NCBI GenBank assembly: GCA_965250225.1
Contig: CBDFNQ010000037.1
Span: 72,862 to 136,861 of the forward strand
Reading direction: 5' to 3'
Source of the DNA: Gammaproteobacteria bacterium
GTDB taxonomy: Bacteria > Pseudomonadota > Gammaproteobacteria > Eutrophobiales > Eutrophobiaceae
Length of the DNA: 64,000 bases
Positions within the stretch are counted from its first letter, which is position 1. Every line of letters begins with the position of its first letter. A program made the position numbers and the translations under genes. The notes beneath the pieces were generated by a model. That model searched no databases and had not been told where the DNA came from. It was given only the letters and a program-made list of their open reading frames with translations. Below are positions 32,951 to 42,634 of this stretch, in pieces.

Positions 32951-34294
32951 CTAATTTGACAGGATTCTCTCTAGGTTAATGTAGTCTTCTTCAATCTTTT
33001 TTTCCGTTGTTTTTAATTCTGCTATTTTTCTGCAGCCGTGTAGAACCGTCGTATGATCTCTGCCGCCGAAGGCATCGCCTATCTCCGGAAGACTGTGGTT
33101 CGTGAGATCTTTTGATAAGGCCATTGCTATTTGTCTGGGCCTTGCCACAGAACGGCTCCTGCGTTTGGAGAGAATGTCGGCGACACGAATTTTGTAGTAT
33201 TCAGCCACGGTCTTTTGAATATTTTCCATTGTGATTTGCTTGTCTTGTAACAACAAGAGATCACGTAAGGCAAACTGTACAAATTCGATGTTAATAGGGT
33301 TTCCTGTCAGCTTTGAATTAGCGATGACGCGGTTTAATGCCCCTTCAAGTTCGCGAACATTTGAACGAAATTTCTCAGCGATAAAAAAAGATACATCATC
33401 CGGCAGTTTGACATTAGAGCGTTCGGCCTTCTTGCGAATGATTGCAACACGCGTTTCGAGCTCGGGTGGTTCGATAGCTACGGTGAGACCCCAGCCAAAG
33501 CGAGATTTAAGTCTTTCTTCCAACCCATTAACTTCTTTTGGATAGCGGTCACAGGTCAACACGATTTGATGCTGCCCTTCTAATAAGGTGTTGAAGGTGT
33601 GAAAAAATTCTTCTTGCGAACGCTCTTTGCCAGCAAAGAATTGAATATCATCAATCAGTAATACGTCGACCGATCGGTAAAAACGTTTGAATTCATTTAT
33701 CGCATTATGTTGCAAGGCTCTTACCATGTCGGCAACAAATCGTTCTGAATGTAGATAAGCAATGTTTGCGTTTGTTTTTTTTTCCAGAATATCGTGACCA
33801 ATGGCGTGCATTAGATGTGTTTTGCCAAGCCCAACGCCGCCATAGATGAACAGGGGATTGTATGAGTCGCCCGGGTTTTCCGCTGTTTGCATTGATGCAG
33901 CACGAGCCAGTTGGTTGGATTTGCCTTCAACAAAGGCCTTAAAAGTGTATTCTGGTTTCAGGTTGTTTGAATGTTTGTGTGTTGATTTGGTCGTGTTTTT
34001 GCTAGCCTGGTTTGGCGGCAGCGGTTTTTCTGCTGGTACGTTCTTTTGAAAGGCGGCCGCTCGTGAGCCAACTTCTATTTTTAGATCAAAGTCTTGTTCT
34101 ATGATAGCTGTCAGGTGGGAATGAATGCTGGAAAAATATTGTTCATTGACCCAGTCTTTGACAAAACGATTGGGCGCCAGCAAACGGATATTGCTTTGAT
34201 CGATAACCGCGTGCAGAGGACGGATCCATGTATTAAATAGTTGAGGTGAGAGCTCTCCTTCCAGACGCTCAAGACATTGTTGCCATGGGGACAT
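32951..34294 (-). CDS. dnaA: Chromosomal replication initiator DnaA
   Basis: The AAA+ Walker A motif [13 protein letters not shown], the motif LLIDDIQFF and the C-terminal DNA-binding domain ([15 protein letters not shown]) are present. Confidence 0.97.
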   Translation of the reverse strand: MSPWQQCLERLEGELSPQLFNTWIRPLHAVIDQSNIRLLAPNRFVKDWVNEQYFSSIHSHLTAIIEQDFDLKIEVGSRAAAFQKNVPAEKPLPPNQASKNTTKSTHKHSNNLKPEYTFKAFVEGKSNQLARAASMQTAENPGDSYNPLFIYGGVGLGKTHLMHAIGHDILEKKTNANIAYLHSERFVADMVRALQHNAINEFKRFYRSVDVLLIDDIQFFAGKERSQEEFFHTFNTLLEGQHQIVLTCDRYPKEVNGLEERLKSRFGWGLTVAIEPPELETRVAIIRKKAERSNVKLPDDVSFFIAEKFRSNVRELEGALNRVIANSKLTGNPINIEFVQFALRDLLLLQDKQITMENIQKTVAEYYKIRVADILSKRRSRSVARPRQIAMALSKDLTNHSLPEIGDAFGGRDHTTVLHGCRKIAELKTTEKKIEEDYINLERILSN

Positions 34295-34361
34295 TCCCGT
34301 AAACCTCGTGATAGAAAAGCAGTAGCAAGAAAAGAAGGAACAATATACTGTTTTAACCTAC

Positions 34362-34370
34362 TTATCCACA
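34362..34370. promoter_or_regulatory. Perfect DnaA box TTATCCACA in the dnaA/rpmH divergent promoter region
   Basis: I read it directly at 34362-34370, 68 nt upstream of the dnaA start. This is consistent with dnaA autoregulation. Confidence 0.6.
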
Positions 34371-34474
34371 AGCCTGTGGCGACAATTGTGAATCATTATA
34401 TTGACAAGTAAAAGCCACCGACATTAAGATAGCCACCTTTTTTTAGCAGAGTAACACTCTGGACGACAATAAAC

Positions 34475-34609
34475 ATGAAACGCACATTCCAGCCCAGTAA
34501 TTTAAAGCGAAAAAGAGCCCATGGCTTTAGAAACCGTATGTCCACGAAAGCGGGACGTCTGATCATTAAGTCAAGACGTGCCAAGGGCAGAAAACGTCTG
34601 TCGGCATAA
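34475..34609 (+). CDS. rpmH: 50S ribosomal protein L34
   Basis: It is not in the ORF track (44 aa). My translation is [44 protein letters not shown], the canonical L34 sequence. It lies upstream of rnpA. Confidence 0.9.
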   Translation: MKRTFQPSNLKRKRAHGFRNRMSTKAGRLIIKSRRAKGRKRLSA

Positions 34610-34994
34610 GCGGGCGGCAGCAAGAAGAGAGCAAGACCTACTGTCACAAAGCCTCAAGCAAAAAAACAAACTCTATAGACCAGCAGACTATAAGAGGGTT
34701 TTTGAGTCTTCTGTTCGTGTTTCCGATTCCAGTCTTCTCCTGTTAGCCCGAGCTAGCGGCGAAAAGAACGCGCGGCTTGGTCTAGCGATTTCCAAGAAAA
34801 AGATTAGCAGCGCAGTGAAACGAAACTTGATAAAGCGACTGACAAGAGAGAGCTTTAGACAGAACAAAAAATTTTTAAATGGTTGGGACGTCGTTGTGAT
34901 TACCCATAGAAAGCTGGATAAAATAGATAAACAAGCGATCACAAAAACCTTAAACAGACACTGGCAGACGCTTCAAAAATGCAAAAAATCCTAA
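34578..34994 (+). CDS. rnpA: Ribonuclease P protein component
   Basis: The protein is basic and contains the RNR-type motif region [28 protein letters not shown]. The start is uncertain: the track ORF begins at a GTG inside rpmH, and the true start may lie downstream. Confidence 0.8.
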   Translation: MPRAENVCRHKRAAARREQDLLSQSLKQKNKLYRPADYKRVFESSVRVSDSSLLLLARASGEKNARLGLAISKKKISSAVKRNLIKRLTRESFRQNKKFLNGWDVVVITHRKLDKIDKQAITKTLNRHWQTLQKCKKS

Positions 34995-35200
34995 TAAGAG
35001 CGATCCAATACTATCAGTATCTGATAAGTCCGTTAATCGGACCTTGTTGTCGTTTTTATCCGGGATGCTCTCAGTATGCGATACAGGCCCTAGAAGAACA
35101 CGGCCTAATGAAGGGCCTGCTGCTTATGTTCAAACGACTTGTTCGATGTCATCCGTTTTGTCACGGTGGGCACGATCCAGTTCCAGAAAAAGGCAATTAA
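34979..35200 (+). CDS. yidD: Membrane protein insertion efficiency factor YidD
   Basis: The motif is YQYLISPLIGPCCRFYPGCSQYAIQA. The gene lies between rnpA and yidC. Confidence 0.85.
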   Translation: MQKILIRAIQYYQYLISPLIGPCCRFYPGCSQYAIQALEEHGLMKGLLLMFKRLVRCHPFCHGGHDPVPEKGN

Positions 35201-35207
35201 TAATCTA

Positions 35208-36875
35208 ATGGACACATCACGTTTTATCTTATTATTGGCCTTGGGCCTGGTTGGCATGATGCTGATGCAAAAGTGGGAGGAAGACTACGGCACACAAGTG
35301 GTTGCTGAAGAGGCAGGGGTGGCAGAGATTCTCGCAGACTCTCAGACCAGCAACGATCTGCCGGACTTGCCTTTGTTCAATGAGTCGGGTGATCCGAGTG
35401 AAGGACTGGACATACCAGATGCCCCTGCCGACCTAGTGGTGAGCGCAGCAAAAGTTGTTTCGGTTCAAACAGACGTCTTTGGCCTGGAAATATCATTGCG
35501 GGGCGCGGGGATTGATTACGCAACACTGAGTCAATATCCAGTGGCGCGTGATGAACCAAACAAGCCGCTGGTGTATTTTGATAAAACCTCGGAATTGTTT
35601 TACATCATGCAAGGCGGTTTGCGCAGCCAATCTAACCTGCCGACACACAAAAGCCTGTTTTCTTCAAATCAAACCACGTACAGCCTGGCAGATGGCGAAG
35701 ACAGCCTTGAGGTGCCGTTCTATTGGCAATCGGATGACGGCGTTTTAGTTGAAAAGATCTACCGCTTTCACCGAGACAGTTACGTCATTGAGATAGAGTA
35801 TAGGATACAAAATAACAGTATTAGTCCGTTGAAGGCGGCGGCTTACAATCAATTACAACGGGACGACCCAGGCCGAAAGGGTCGGCGACTTTTATACACG
35901 TTTACTGGGGCAGTGGTATCAACCCCTGAGGAGCGTTACGAAAAACTATCTTTCGGTGATATGGAAGACAAGGCTTTGAAAGCAAAGGTGGCTAATGGTT
36001 GGGTCGCCATGATTCAACATTATTTTGTTAGTGCGCTATTACCCGGCCCTGAAAATCAAGCCTACCAATATTACAGCATTGCCTTGCCAGAGCAGAATCG
36101 CTATTTCATTGGTGCCATGACGCCAGCGGTTGAAATAACACCCGGTAATGATGCTGTTTTGAGCCAGCAGGCCTATGTTGGCCCCAAGACACAGAAACGC
36201 CTGGAAAACCTGGCTCCGAACTTAGAGTTGGTGGTGGATTACGGGATGTTGTGGTTTATTGCTAAGCCATTATTTATTTGTCTAGAGTGGTTCCATGGTC
36301 TGACAGGAAACTGGGGCTGGGCGATCATCATGGTTACCATTCTTCTGAAGCTCTTTTTCTATCCTCTCTCTGCGGCGGGTTACCGTTCTATGGCCAGGAT
36401 GCGTCAGGTTCAGCCGCGATTGTTATCCGTTCGCGATCGTTATAAGAATGACAAGCAACGATTAAACCAGGCCATGATGGAATTGTATAAAGAGGAAAAG
36501 ATCAACCCATTGGGCGGTTGTTTTCCTATCTTGATTCAGATTCCGGTTTTTATTGCGTTGTATTGGGTGTTGTTAGAAACCGTAGAGATGCGCCAGGCAC
36601 CTTTTATGCTTTGGCTACAGGATCTTTCCAGTCCAGACCCCTGGTATGTGCTGCCTGTTTTAATGGGCATTTCGATGTTTATTCAACAAAAACTCAATCC
36701 AGCGCCCATGGATCCTGTGCAGCAAAAAGTGATGTCTTTCTTGCCAATTGCATTCACCATTTTCTTTGCTTTTTTCCCGTCAGGACTAGTGTTGTACTGG
36801 GTCTCCAATAACGTTCTCTCGATTGCACAACAGGCCAAAATCAATAATTCACTGGAAAAGGCTGGCTTAAAGTAA
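35208..36875 (+). CDS. yidC: Membrane protein insertase YidC
   Basis: It has an N-terminal TM helix, a large periplasmic domain and the C-terminal 60-kDa IMP core (NPLGGCFPILIQIPVFIALYWVL). I chose the start at MDTSRF (35208). Confidence 0.9.
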   Translation: MDTSRFILLLALGLVGMMLMQKWEEDYGTQVVAEEAGVAEILADSQTSNDLPDLPLFNESGDPSEGLDIPDAPADLVVSAAKVVSVQTDVFGLEISLRGAGIDYATLSQYPVARDEPNKPLVYFDKTSELFYIMQGGLRSQSNLPTHKSLFSSNQTTYSLADGEDSLEVPFYWQSDDGVLVEKIYRFHRDSYVIEIEYRIQNNSISPLKAAAYNQLQRDDPGRKGRRLLYTFTGAVVSTPEERYEKLSFGDMEDKALKAKVANGWVAMIQHYFVSALLPGPENQAYQYYSIALPEQNRYFIGAMTPAVEITPGNDAVLSQQAYVGPKTQKRLENLAPNLELVVDYGMLWFIAKPLFICLEWFHGLTGNWGWAIIMVTILLKLFFYPLSAAGYRSMARMRQVQPRLLSVRDRYKNDKQRLNQAMMELYKEEKINPLGGCFPILIQIPVFIALYWVLLETVEMRQAPFMLWLQDLSSPDPWYVLPVLMGISMFIQQKLNPAPMDPVQQKVMSFLPIAFTIFFAFFPSGLVLYWVSNNVLSIAQQAKINNSLEKAGLK

Positions 36876-36877
36876 CC

Positions 36878-38245
36878 ATGTCCACCGGCGTCCTTGATCC
36901 GCAAAAGGACACCATTGCTGCTATCGCGACAGCAAGCGGGCGCGCCGGTATCGGCGTGGTTAGAGTGTCTGGGCCAGAAGCTCTTCGTATCACAGAGGAT
37001 CTCTGTAAAAACACTTTCAGAGCAAGGCATGCTCACTTTGCCGTTTTTTATGATCCCGCTGACGAATGGTTGGATGAGGGTATTGTTCTCTATTTCCCGG
37101 GACCAAAATCGTACACTGGCGAAGATGTTGTCGAGCTTCAGGCGCATGGTTCTCCGATGGTCTTGCAGCTGTTACTGGAAGCCTGCCTGGGCCGTGGGGC
37201 AAGATTGGCAACGCCAGGTGAATTTACCGAGAGGGCGTTTCTCAATGGCAAGATTGACCTGATTCAGGCAGAAAGTATTATTGATGTCATAGACAGCGCC
37301 AGCCGAAAGGGTCTGAGAAAGGCGGAAGAATCATTACAGGGGCTTTTTTCCAAACAGGTTAACGCATTACTTGCCCGCTTGATTGATCTCAGGGTTGTTG
37401 TTGAGGGCACGATGGATTTCCCGGAAGAAGAGCTCGATTTTCTCGCAGATGAGCGAATCTCGCAACAGCTGAGCGATGCAATTCTTCAATGCCAGCAAAT
37501 GTTAAGCGCAACAAGAGAGGGAGCTCTACTGAGACACGAAGTCAAGCTCGTCTTGTTGGGCGAGCCGAACGTGGGCAAATCCAGTCTGCTAAATCAATTG
37601 TTGGGGACGGATGCGGCGATAGTGACGGATGTGCCTGGAACGACGAGAGATCGTTTAGAGCATTCGATACAAATAGAAGGACAGCCAATCACGTTAATTG
37701 ATACGGCTGGCATCAGGGAAAGTCAGAATCCCATCGAACAAGAAGGTGTTCGTCGTAGTCGGTTGTCGGCAAAAGAGGCCGATATTCTTTTGTTGGTGTG
37801 TGAAGCCGATCAAAATGAAAAGAAGGGGCTGGCCTGCTTTGTGTCTGGGCTTGAATCAGATGCTGTGGTTGTTCATGTTCAAAATAAAATAGATCGGCAA
37901 AATATTAAGCCGCGTAGCGTCACGAAAAATAATATAAAAGAGATCTCTTTGTCGGCCAAAACTGGGATCGGCGTAAACCTGTTGATTGAGGCCATCAAAG
38001 AAATTATTCAATCAAACGATTTTACTGAAGACGTTGTTTTAGCTCGTTCTCGTCATGTCAATGCTCTCAACAGAGCGCAGGAACATTTATTAACAGGGAA
38101 ACAACAGTTAACGGACGCTCTTGCAGCAGAGCTGTTGGCCGACGAGTTGCGCCTAGCCCAAAACTGTCTGGCAGAAATCACAGGGGAATATCTGCCCGAT
38201 GATCTGTTGGGTGAAATTTTTTCACGTTTTTGTATTGGCAAGTAA
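36878..38245 (+). CDS. mnmE: tRNA modification GTPase MnmE
   Basis: The G-domain motifs GEPNVGKSSLLN and DTAGIR and the C-terminal FCIGK motif are present. Confidence 0.95.
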   Translation: MSTGVLDPQKDTIAAIATASGRAGIGVVRVSGPEALRITEDLCKNTFRARHAHFAVFYDPADEWLDEGIVLYFPGPKSYTGEDVVELQAHGSPMVLQLLLEACLGRGARLATPGEFTERAFLNGKIDLIQAESIIDVIDSASRKGLRKAEESLQGLFSKQVNALLARLIDLRVVVEGTMDFPEEELDFLADERISQQLSDAILQCQQMLSATREGALLRHEVKLVLLGEPNVGKSSLLNQLLGTDAAIVTDVPGTTRDRLEHSIQIEGQPITLIDTAGIRESQNPIEQEGVRRSRLSAKEADILLLVCEADQNEKKGLACFVSGLESDAVVVHVQNKIDRQNIKPRSVTKNNIKEISLSAKTGIGVNLLIEAIKEIIQSNDFTEDVVLARSRHVNALNRAQEHLLTGKQQLTDALAAELLADELRLAQNCLAEITGEYLPDDLLGEIFSRFCIGK

Positions 38246-38299
38246 ATTTTTGGTTTTATATTTTATGCGGGGAATAATGTCTGTAGTAAGATAATAAAT

Positions 38300-39097
38300 A
38301 TGTTAAAGAAGCCACCATTATTAATTTATTTGTGTATAAGGTTTTGTCAAAAACTGCCCATAAACTGGCTGTGTTTAAGGATTGTTTTTGTCATAAGAAG
38401 AACAATCCTGATCGCATACAAAGAGCCTTTTTATGTAGAGTCAGGTGACAGTTGGTTTTTACTATATCCGAGCGACAATCTTTCAGATAAACGGTTGCTG
38501 TGTACACCGAAAATGCTTGATAGTATTGAACGCGAATGGTTTGAACAGAATTTGCCAGTAAACAGTCAGGTGATAGATGTTGGTGCAAATATTGGCGGAC
38601 ATTGTTTGCTTTTATGTTCAAAACGAAAGGACTTGTTTATAACCGCCATTGAACCAGATCCATATTTAATGCACAGATTAAAAAAAAATATAGAGTTAAA
38701 TGATTATAAAAATATAAAAGTTTTAGAATGCGCTGTTACGAATGAAAACAAAACTGTTTGCTTGGGTCTGGACGAGAAAAACAGGGGAAAAAACAGCGTT
38801 GTTAATAAACAATCAAAACAGCCCTCCCTGCTTGAAATAGAAGGACGATCTTTAATTGATATCCTGACGCAGGAAAAAATTAGTAAGCCCGCCCTGGTTA
38901 AAATGGATATAGAAGGGTATGAGCATGATGTCTTGAGCGGGTTTTTTCAATCAGCAGAAAAAGAAATATGGCCCATGTATTTCCAGTTGGAACAATATAG
39001 AAACGAAAGCCTTAATAGGGCTGTTAATCTTGTCCTTGAACAAGGATATAAAATGATATTAAGAAGCAGAATGAATATTATTTTAGCTCGTCAGTAA
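38300..39097 (+). CDS. FkbM family methyltransferase
   Basis: The SAM motif VIDVGANIGGH and the FkbM signature VKMDIEGYEHDVL are present. The start codon is uncertain. Confidence 0.7.
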   Translation: MLKKPPLLIYLCIRFCQKLPINWLCLRIVFVIRRTILIAYKEPFYVESGDSWFLLYPSDNLSDKRLLCTPKMLDSIEREWFEQNLPVNSQVIDVGANIGGHCLLLCSKRKDLFITAIEPDPYLMHRLKKNIELNDYKNIKVLECAVTNENKTVCLGLDEKNRGKNSVVNKQSKQPSLLEIEGRSLIDILTQEKISKPALVKMDIEGYEHDVLSGFFQSAEKEIWPMYFQLEQYRNESLNRAVNLVLEQGYKMILRSRMNIILARQ

Positions 39098-39159
39098 ATC
39101 CCAAGCCACATGTCGATGGGAATCTAAACGACAAATTAAAAATTAAAACAAAAAATCCT

Positions 39160-40392
39160 CTATTCCTTCTGTGAGTATTCGGATGATAAGAGTCTTACGC
39201 ACAGATATAACATTGCGATAAAAACCAGCCACCAGCTTCTCCATAAAGACGCTCCAACCAACCAGACTGCGATAATAGAGACAAAGCTTGTATAGATATA
39301 TGGATGTATAGAGCGGTGTAAAGAAGCAATGCTGTTTAGCGATTTATTCAGTAGAAACAAGAAAAACAACAGGCCGATAATGCCCAATTCAAGTTGTATT
39401 TGAAAAAAAGCATTATGGGGGTGAGCAAACAGATCATTGCCCATCGTTTCGTTAAAAAAAGTTGCTTGATAGGCTTTCGGTAGATCTGTGTTGGCCGATG
39501 AACCCCAACCTAGAAGTGGCTTTTCTAAAATTAATTCATGACATCTCTGCCAAATATCAATTCTATGCAAGGCAGATTCACCGAAATATTGTTCTATGGT
39601 GCTAGCAACGGCTGAATTAGAGCCCAAGCGTATTATGTGGCCAGGGACAAGAAAGATCGCTAGCAACGACAACAAAACCCCTAGTCTTATGATCGCCTTT
39701 ATGCGATGTTGAAATACGAAAAACAAAAAGAAAGTAATAGATGATAATAACAGGCTTAATTTGGCGCTTTCCGAACTACTGAATATTACGATTAATAATA
39801 ATAACAGCAAATTTATATAATTTATCCAGGGCAAAAAATTGTTTCTACGGTTCGCCATAACAAACCAGAAAAACATTGTGTTTGCAACCACGAAGTCATT
39901 AAAATCTCTGGCGCTGGCCCTTTCTAATGACAATCCAACAAAATATTTCAACGAGATGTTTGTATAGAGCTGTATGAGGAGCAAAACTAGCGAAAGACAA
40001 TATAAAACAGGCAGAATCGATAAAAAACCGGATAACGTAAGGCCGATGCGGTTATGAATATTGCTGAGCAAAATAAAAGGAGAGACTAAAATAAAGGCCT
40101 TTGCCATCTGTTTCATAGATTGATCAAGGTTGTTGAACAACAGAATGGAGATCGACGCGAAAATTAAAACGAAAGAGAAAACATAGAAAATAGTTTCGTC
40201 AAAATCTTTTTTGTTTAAGTATCTAATGCGCGTTAATAAAACACACAAGATCAAGACGCACACTACAGGCGCAATAAGTTTGGGCGCCGTAGAAAAGAAA
40301 AACATAAACGATAAAAAGGCCAGGCCAAACAAAAAGACAGATAATTTATTCAAAAAAATAATTTGGGGTTTGTTCTCAAATAACGTGGCCAT
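39160..40392 (-). CDS. O-antigen ligase/polymerase family (Wzy_C) polytopic membrane protein, WaaL-like
   Basis: It has about 10-12 TM helices. A periplasmic loop carries the motif FAHPHNAFFQIQLELGIIGL, typical of the O-antigen ligase family. Confidence 0.7.
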   Translation of the reverse strand: MATLFENKPQIIFLNKLSVFLFGLAFLSFMFFFSTAPKLIAPVVCVLILCVLLTRIRYLNKKDFDETIFYVFSFVLIFASISILLFNNLDQSMKQMAKAFILVSPFILLSNIHNRIGLTLSGFLSILPVLYCLSLVLLLIQLYTNISLKYFVGLSLERASARDFNDFVVANTMFFWFVMANRRNNFLPWINYINLLLLLLIVIFSSSESAKLSLLLSSITFFLFFVFQHRIKAIIRLGVLLSLLAIFLVPGHIIRLGSNSAVASTIEQYFGESALHRIDIWQRCHELILEKPLLGWGSSANTDLPKAYQATFFNETMGNDLFAHPHNAFFQIQLELGIIGLLFFLFLLNKSLNSIASLHRSIHPYIYTSFVSIIAVWLVGASLWRSWWLVFIAMLYLCVRLLSSEYSQKE

Positions 40393-40433
40393 TTATATTG
40401 AGATCCTTTTGCTAGTACCTATTATCATGATAA

Positions 40434-41498
40434 TCAGATGGAGGAGGGCTGCTTGCCCAAATAGTTCTTTGCAAAAGAAGTCGTTCTTACAGATAGCTTT
40501 TGAATCGAATACTGACATAAAGAAAAAATATTTTTTCTGTTCGCAGCCCGACGTGAACGAATTGTATTATTAGATTGATGGAGTTGTTTTTTAGTGTTTT
40601 TATCAAATAGCTCGGCTAATACGATAAAAATATTATATTTATCTATTAATATATTTTTTGCTTCAATAATAGTCTCAAGACGTTTTTCATATTCATTATT
40701 TTCCATTGCGCTTTGAATGATCTCCAGTGATTTTTCAGGTTGAAAAATATCAATCGAAATATAGCTGTCATTGGGGAAATAATCGTTAATATTTGGACAG
40801 CCATAATAAAATGGCAAGGCCTGACCCAAAAAAGAGTCAGCGAGTTTTTCTGTCCAGTGGTGTAAGCCATAATGATTTTCTATAGCCAGATGATATTTAT
40901 ATTTATCAAGAGCCTCAGCCTTGTCGTCCATTTTGATTCCGCCAGAACCAAATATCTCTATGTCGGGATATTGTTTTTTGATAAATGATAAAAAAGCATG
41001 TCGTTGATGATGAAGTGTATGTTTTTGTTTCTTGTTTGACCAAACTACGGACAGATCTCCAGTTTTGTCGAACCGATATGTTTTGACCATTTCATTATAG
41101 TTTTTCATTTTATTTCTGCCCACACCGTAAAACCAGTACAAAGAAGGTTGACTGTAAAACCGGCTTCTATGGGGCAGAGAATAATATGGCTGGCTGGTAA
41201 TAACGTGTCCAAATTGATTTGTATAATTATTGCCATAAACTTTAACAGATGAAGGCTCTATCGTAATCAAGACTGTGTTGTCAGGGTGGCAAGCAAGCTG
41301 TTCTTCAGAAACCGGAAAACGCTCTTTTTTGGATGATGGCAAATCATCATATACAACCAGCCAATCGTAGTCGGTTTCTTCTTGATCAAAAATAAACTGG
41401 TAGTTGTTCAATGATGGGGTGTTGTCAGGAAATTGGTGTAACCAAATGTCTGTATTGACCTTGCTTAAAAATTTGATCCTTAAAGGGAGTCTGTTCAT
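40434..41498 (-). CDS. Glycosyltransferase family 10 (alpha-1,3-fucosyltransferase-like) protein
   Basis: It contains YKYHLAIENHYGLHHWTEKL. This matches the alpha-1,3-FucT motif Yx(F/Y)xLx(F/I)EN(S/H)x5-6TEK known from Helicobacter FutA/B and eukaryotic FucTs. Confidence 0.6.
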   Translation of the reverse strand: MNRLPLRIKFLSKVNTDIWLHQFPDNTPSLNNYQFIFDQEETDYDWLVVYDDLPSSKKERFPVSEEQLACHPDNTVLITIEPSSVKVYGNNYTNQFGHVITSQPYYSLPHRSRFYSQPSLYWFYGVGRNKMKNYNEMVKTYRFDKTGDLSVVWSNKKQKHTLHHQRHAFLSFIKKQYPDIEIFGSGGIKMDDKAEALDKYKYHLAIENHYGLHHWTEKLADSFLGQALPFYYGCPNINDYFPNDSYISIDIFQPEKSLEIIQSAMENNEYEKRLETIIEAKNILIDKYNIFIVLAELFDKNTKKQLHQSNNTIRSRRAANRKNIFSLCQYSIQKLSVRTTSFAKNYLGKQPSSI

Positions 41499-41639
41499 GG
41501 ATATTGAGAAAAAACATTCTGAATGAAGTACAAAAAAGTAATATTCAATTATAAGGCCTCTAATTTAAACCATCTCTATATGTCTTTGTTGTATTATACC
41601 TATTAATGATGACTTAATTAAGAGAATCCATATTTTTAC

Positions 41640-42572
41640 ATGCAGATTAAAGCCGCAACAATAACTACTGGCGAGGCTGCTATTCGTCACCAGACTTTAG
41701 GGCTTGCTCGTTATTTAACGACAGACGTTCATGAGTTTATAGTAAAGCCCCCAAGGTTTTTCGCTAAGCTCCCCGCTATATTGGTGCCGAAGGGAATTTT
41801 AAATTTGCCGGACATCCTGGGCGCCAATGTATTGATCAGTTGTGGTCGGCGGAGTGCTGCGTATTCGCTTGCCCTGAAAAAAAAGCATCCTGAATTATTT
41901 ACAGTTCACATCCAGAATCCGCAGATCCCATTGCGATATTTTGATCTGGTTGTCCCTATGATGCACGATAATTGCCATGGCGATAATGTTTTTTCTGTTT
42001 CAACCGCCTTGCATCATTTACACAAAGAAGACATTAAAATGGCCTCGACGCCTTTTCTTTCCCGTATTCAGACTCTGGCCGGAAGAAAAATTGCATTCAT
42101 ATTGGGCGGTAATACCAAGGATTATCGTTTTACTGATCAAAAGCTAAGAGAACTGCTTGTCATGATTGCAGAATTTAAACGACAGGGTTTTGTTATTTTA
42201 TTATCAACGGCAAGAAGAACTCCGTCAGCTATTATTGAAGAGCTTAGAGGCCATGCTGATGAAACCACATGGTTTTATTTGGGCGAGGGCGATAATCCTT
42301 ATCTGTGTTTTTTAAATGAAGCCGATGGTTTTATCGTAACGTCAGATTCAGTTTCCATGGTGTCGGAAGTATTATTTACCGGAAAGCCCCTGTATTTATT
42401 TGATCTCGAAGGGTTTAATAAACGAATTAGCCGCTTTAAAAATAATTTAATTCAACAAGGCCTTGTTCGTTTATGGAATGGCGAGTTTGAAGATTATTCT
42501 TACCAGGCCCCGGATTCCAAGCAGGATGTCGCAGCCCGAGTTACAGAAGAGATGAAATCATTTAATACCTGA
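41640..42572 (+). CDS. ELM1/DUF1022 family protein (putative nucleotide-sugar-dependent glycosyltransferase fold)
   Basis: It is about 310 aa with the motifs ILGGNTKDYRF and VTSDSVSMVSE. From memory these resemble the bacterial 'mitochondrial fission ELM1' family, which is often found in LPS core loci. Confidence 0.5.
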   Translation: MQIKAATITTGEAAIRHQTLGLARYLTTDVHEFIVKPPRFFAKLPAILVPKGILNLPDILGANVLISCGRRSAAYSLALKKKHPELFTVHIQNPQIPLRYFDLVVPMMHDNCHGDNVFSVSTALHHLHKEDIKMASTPFLSRIQTLAGRKIAFILGGNTKDYRFTDQKLRELLVMIAEFKRQGFVILLSTARRTPSAIIEELRGHADETTWFYLGEGDNPYLCFLNEADGFIVTSDSVSMVSEVLFTGKPLYLFDLEGFNKRISRFKNNLIQQGLVRLWNGEFEDYSYQAPDSKQDVAARVTEEMKSFNT

Positions 42573-42634
42573 TAAGCTAATCAGTAAATACAAATTTTTT
42601 CCTGCCTGCCATTCCTGGGTCGATAATTCCAAGT

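Noticed and set aside
34295-34474. The rpmH-dnaA spacer as oriC, as in Pseudomonas.
   Set aside because: It is only 180 nt with a single perfect DnaA box and no obvious cluster of boxes or 13-mer AT-rich unwinding repeats. The outer flanking genes are oriented toward the locus rather than away from it. I kept this only as a low-interest question.
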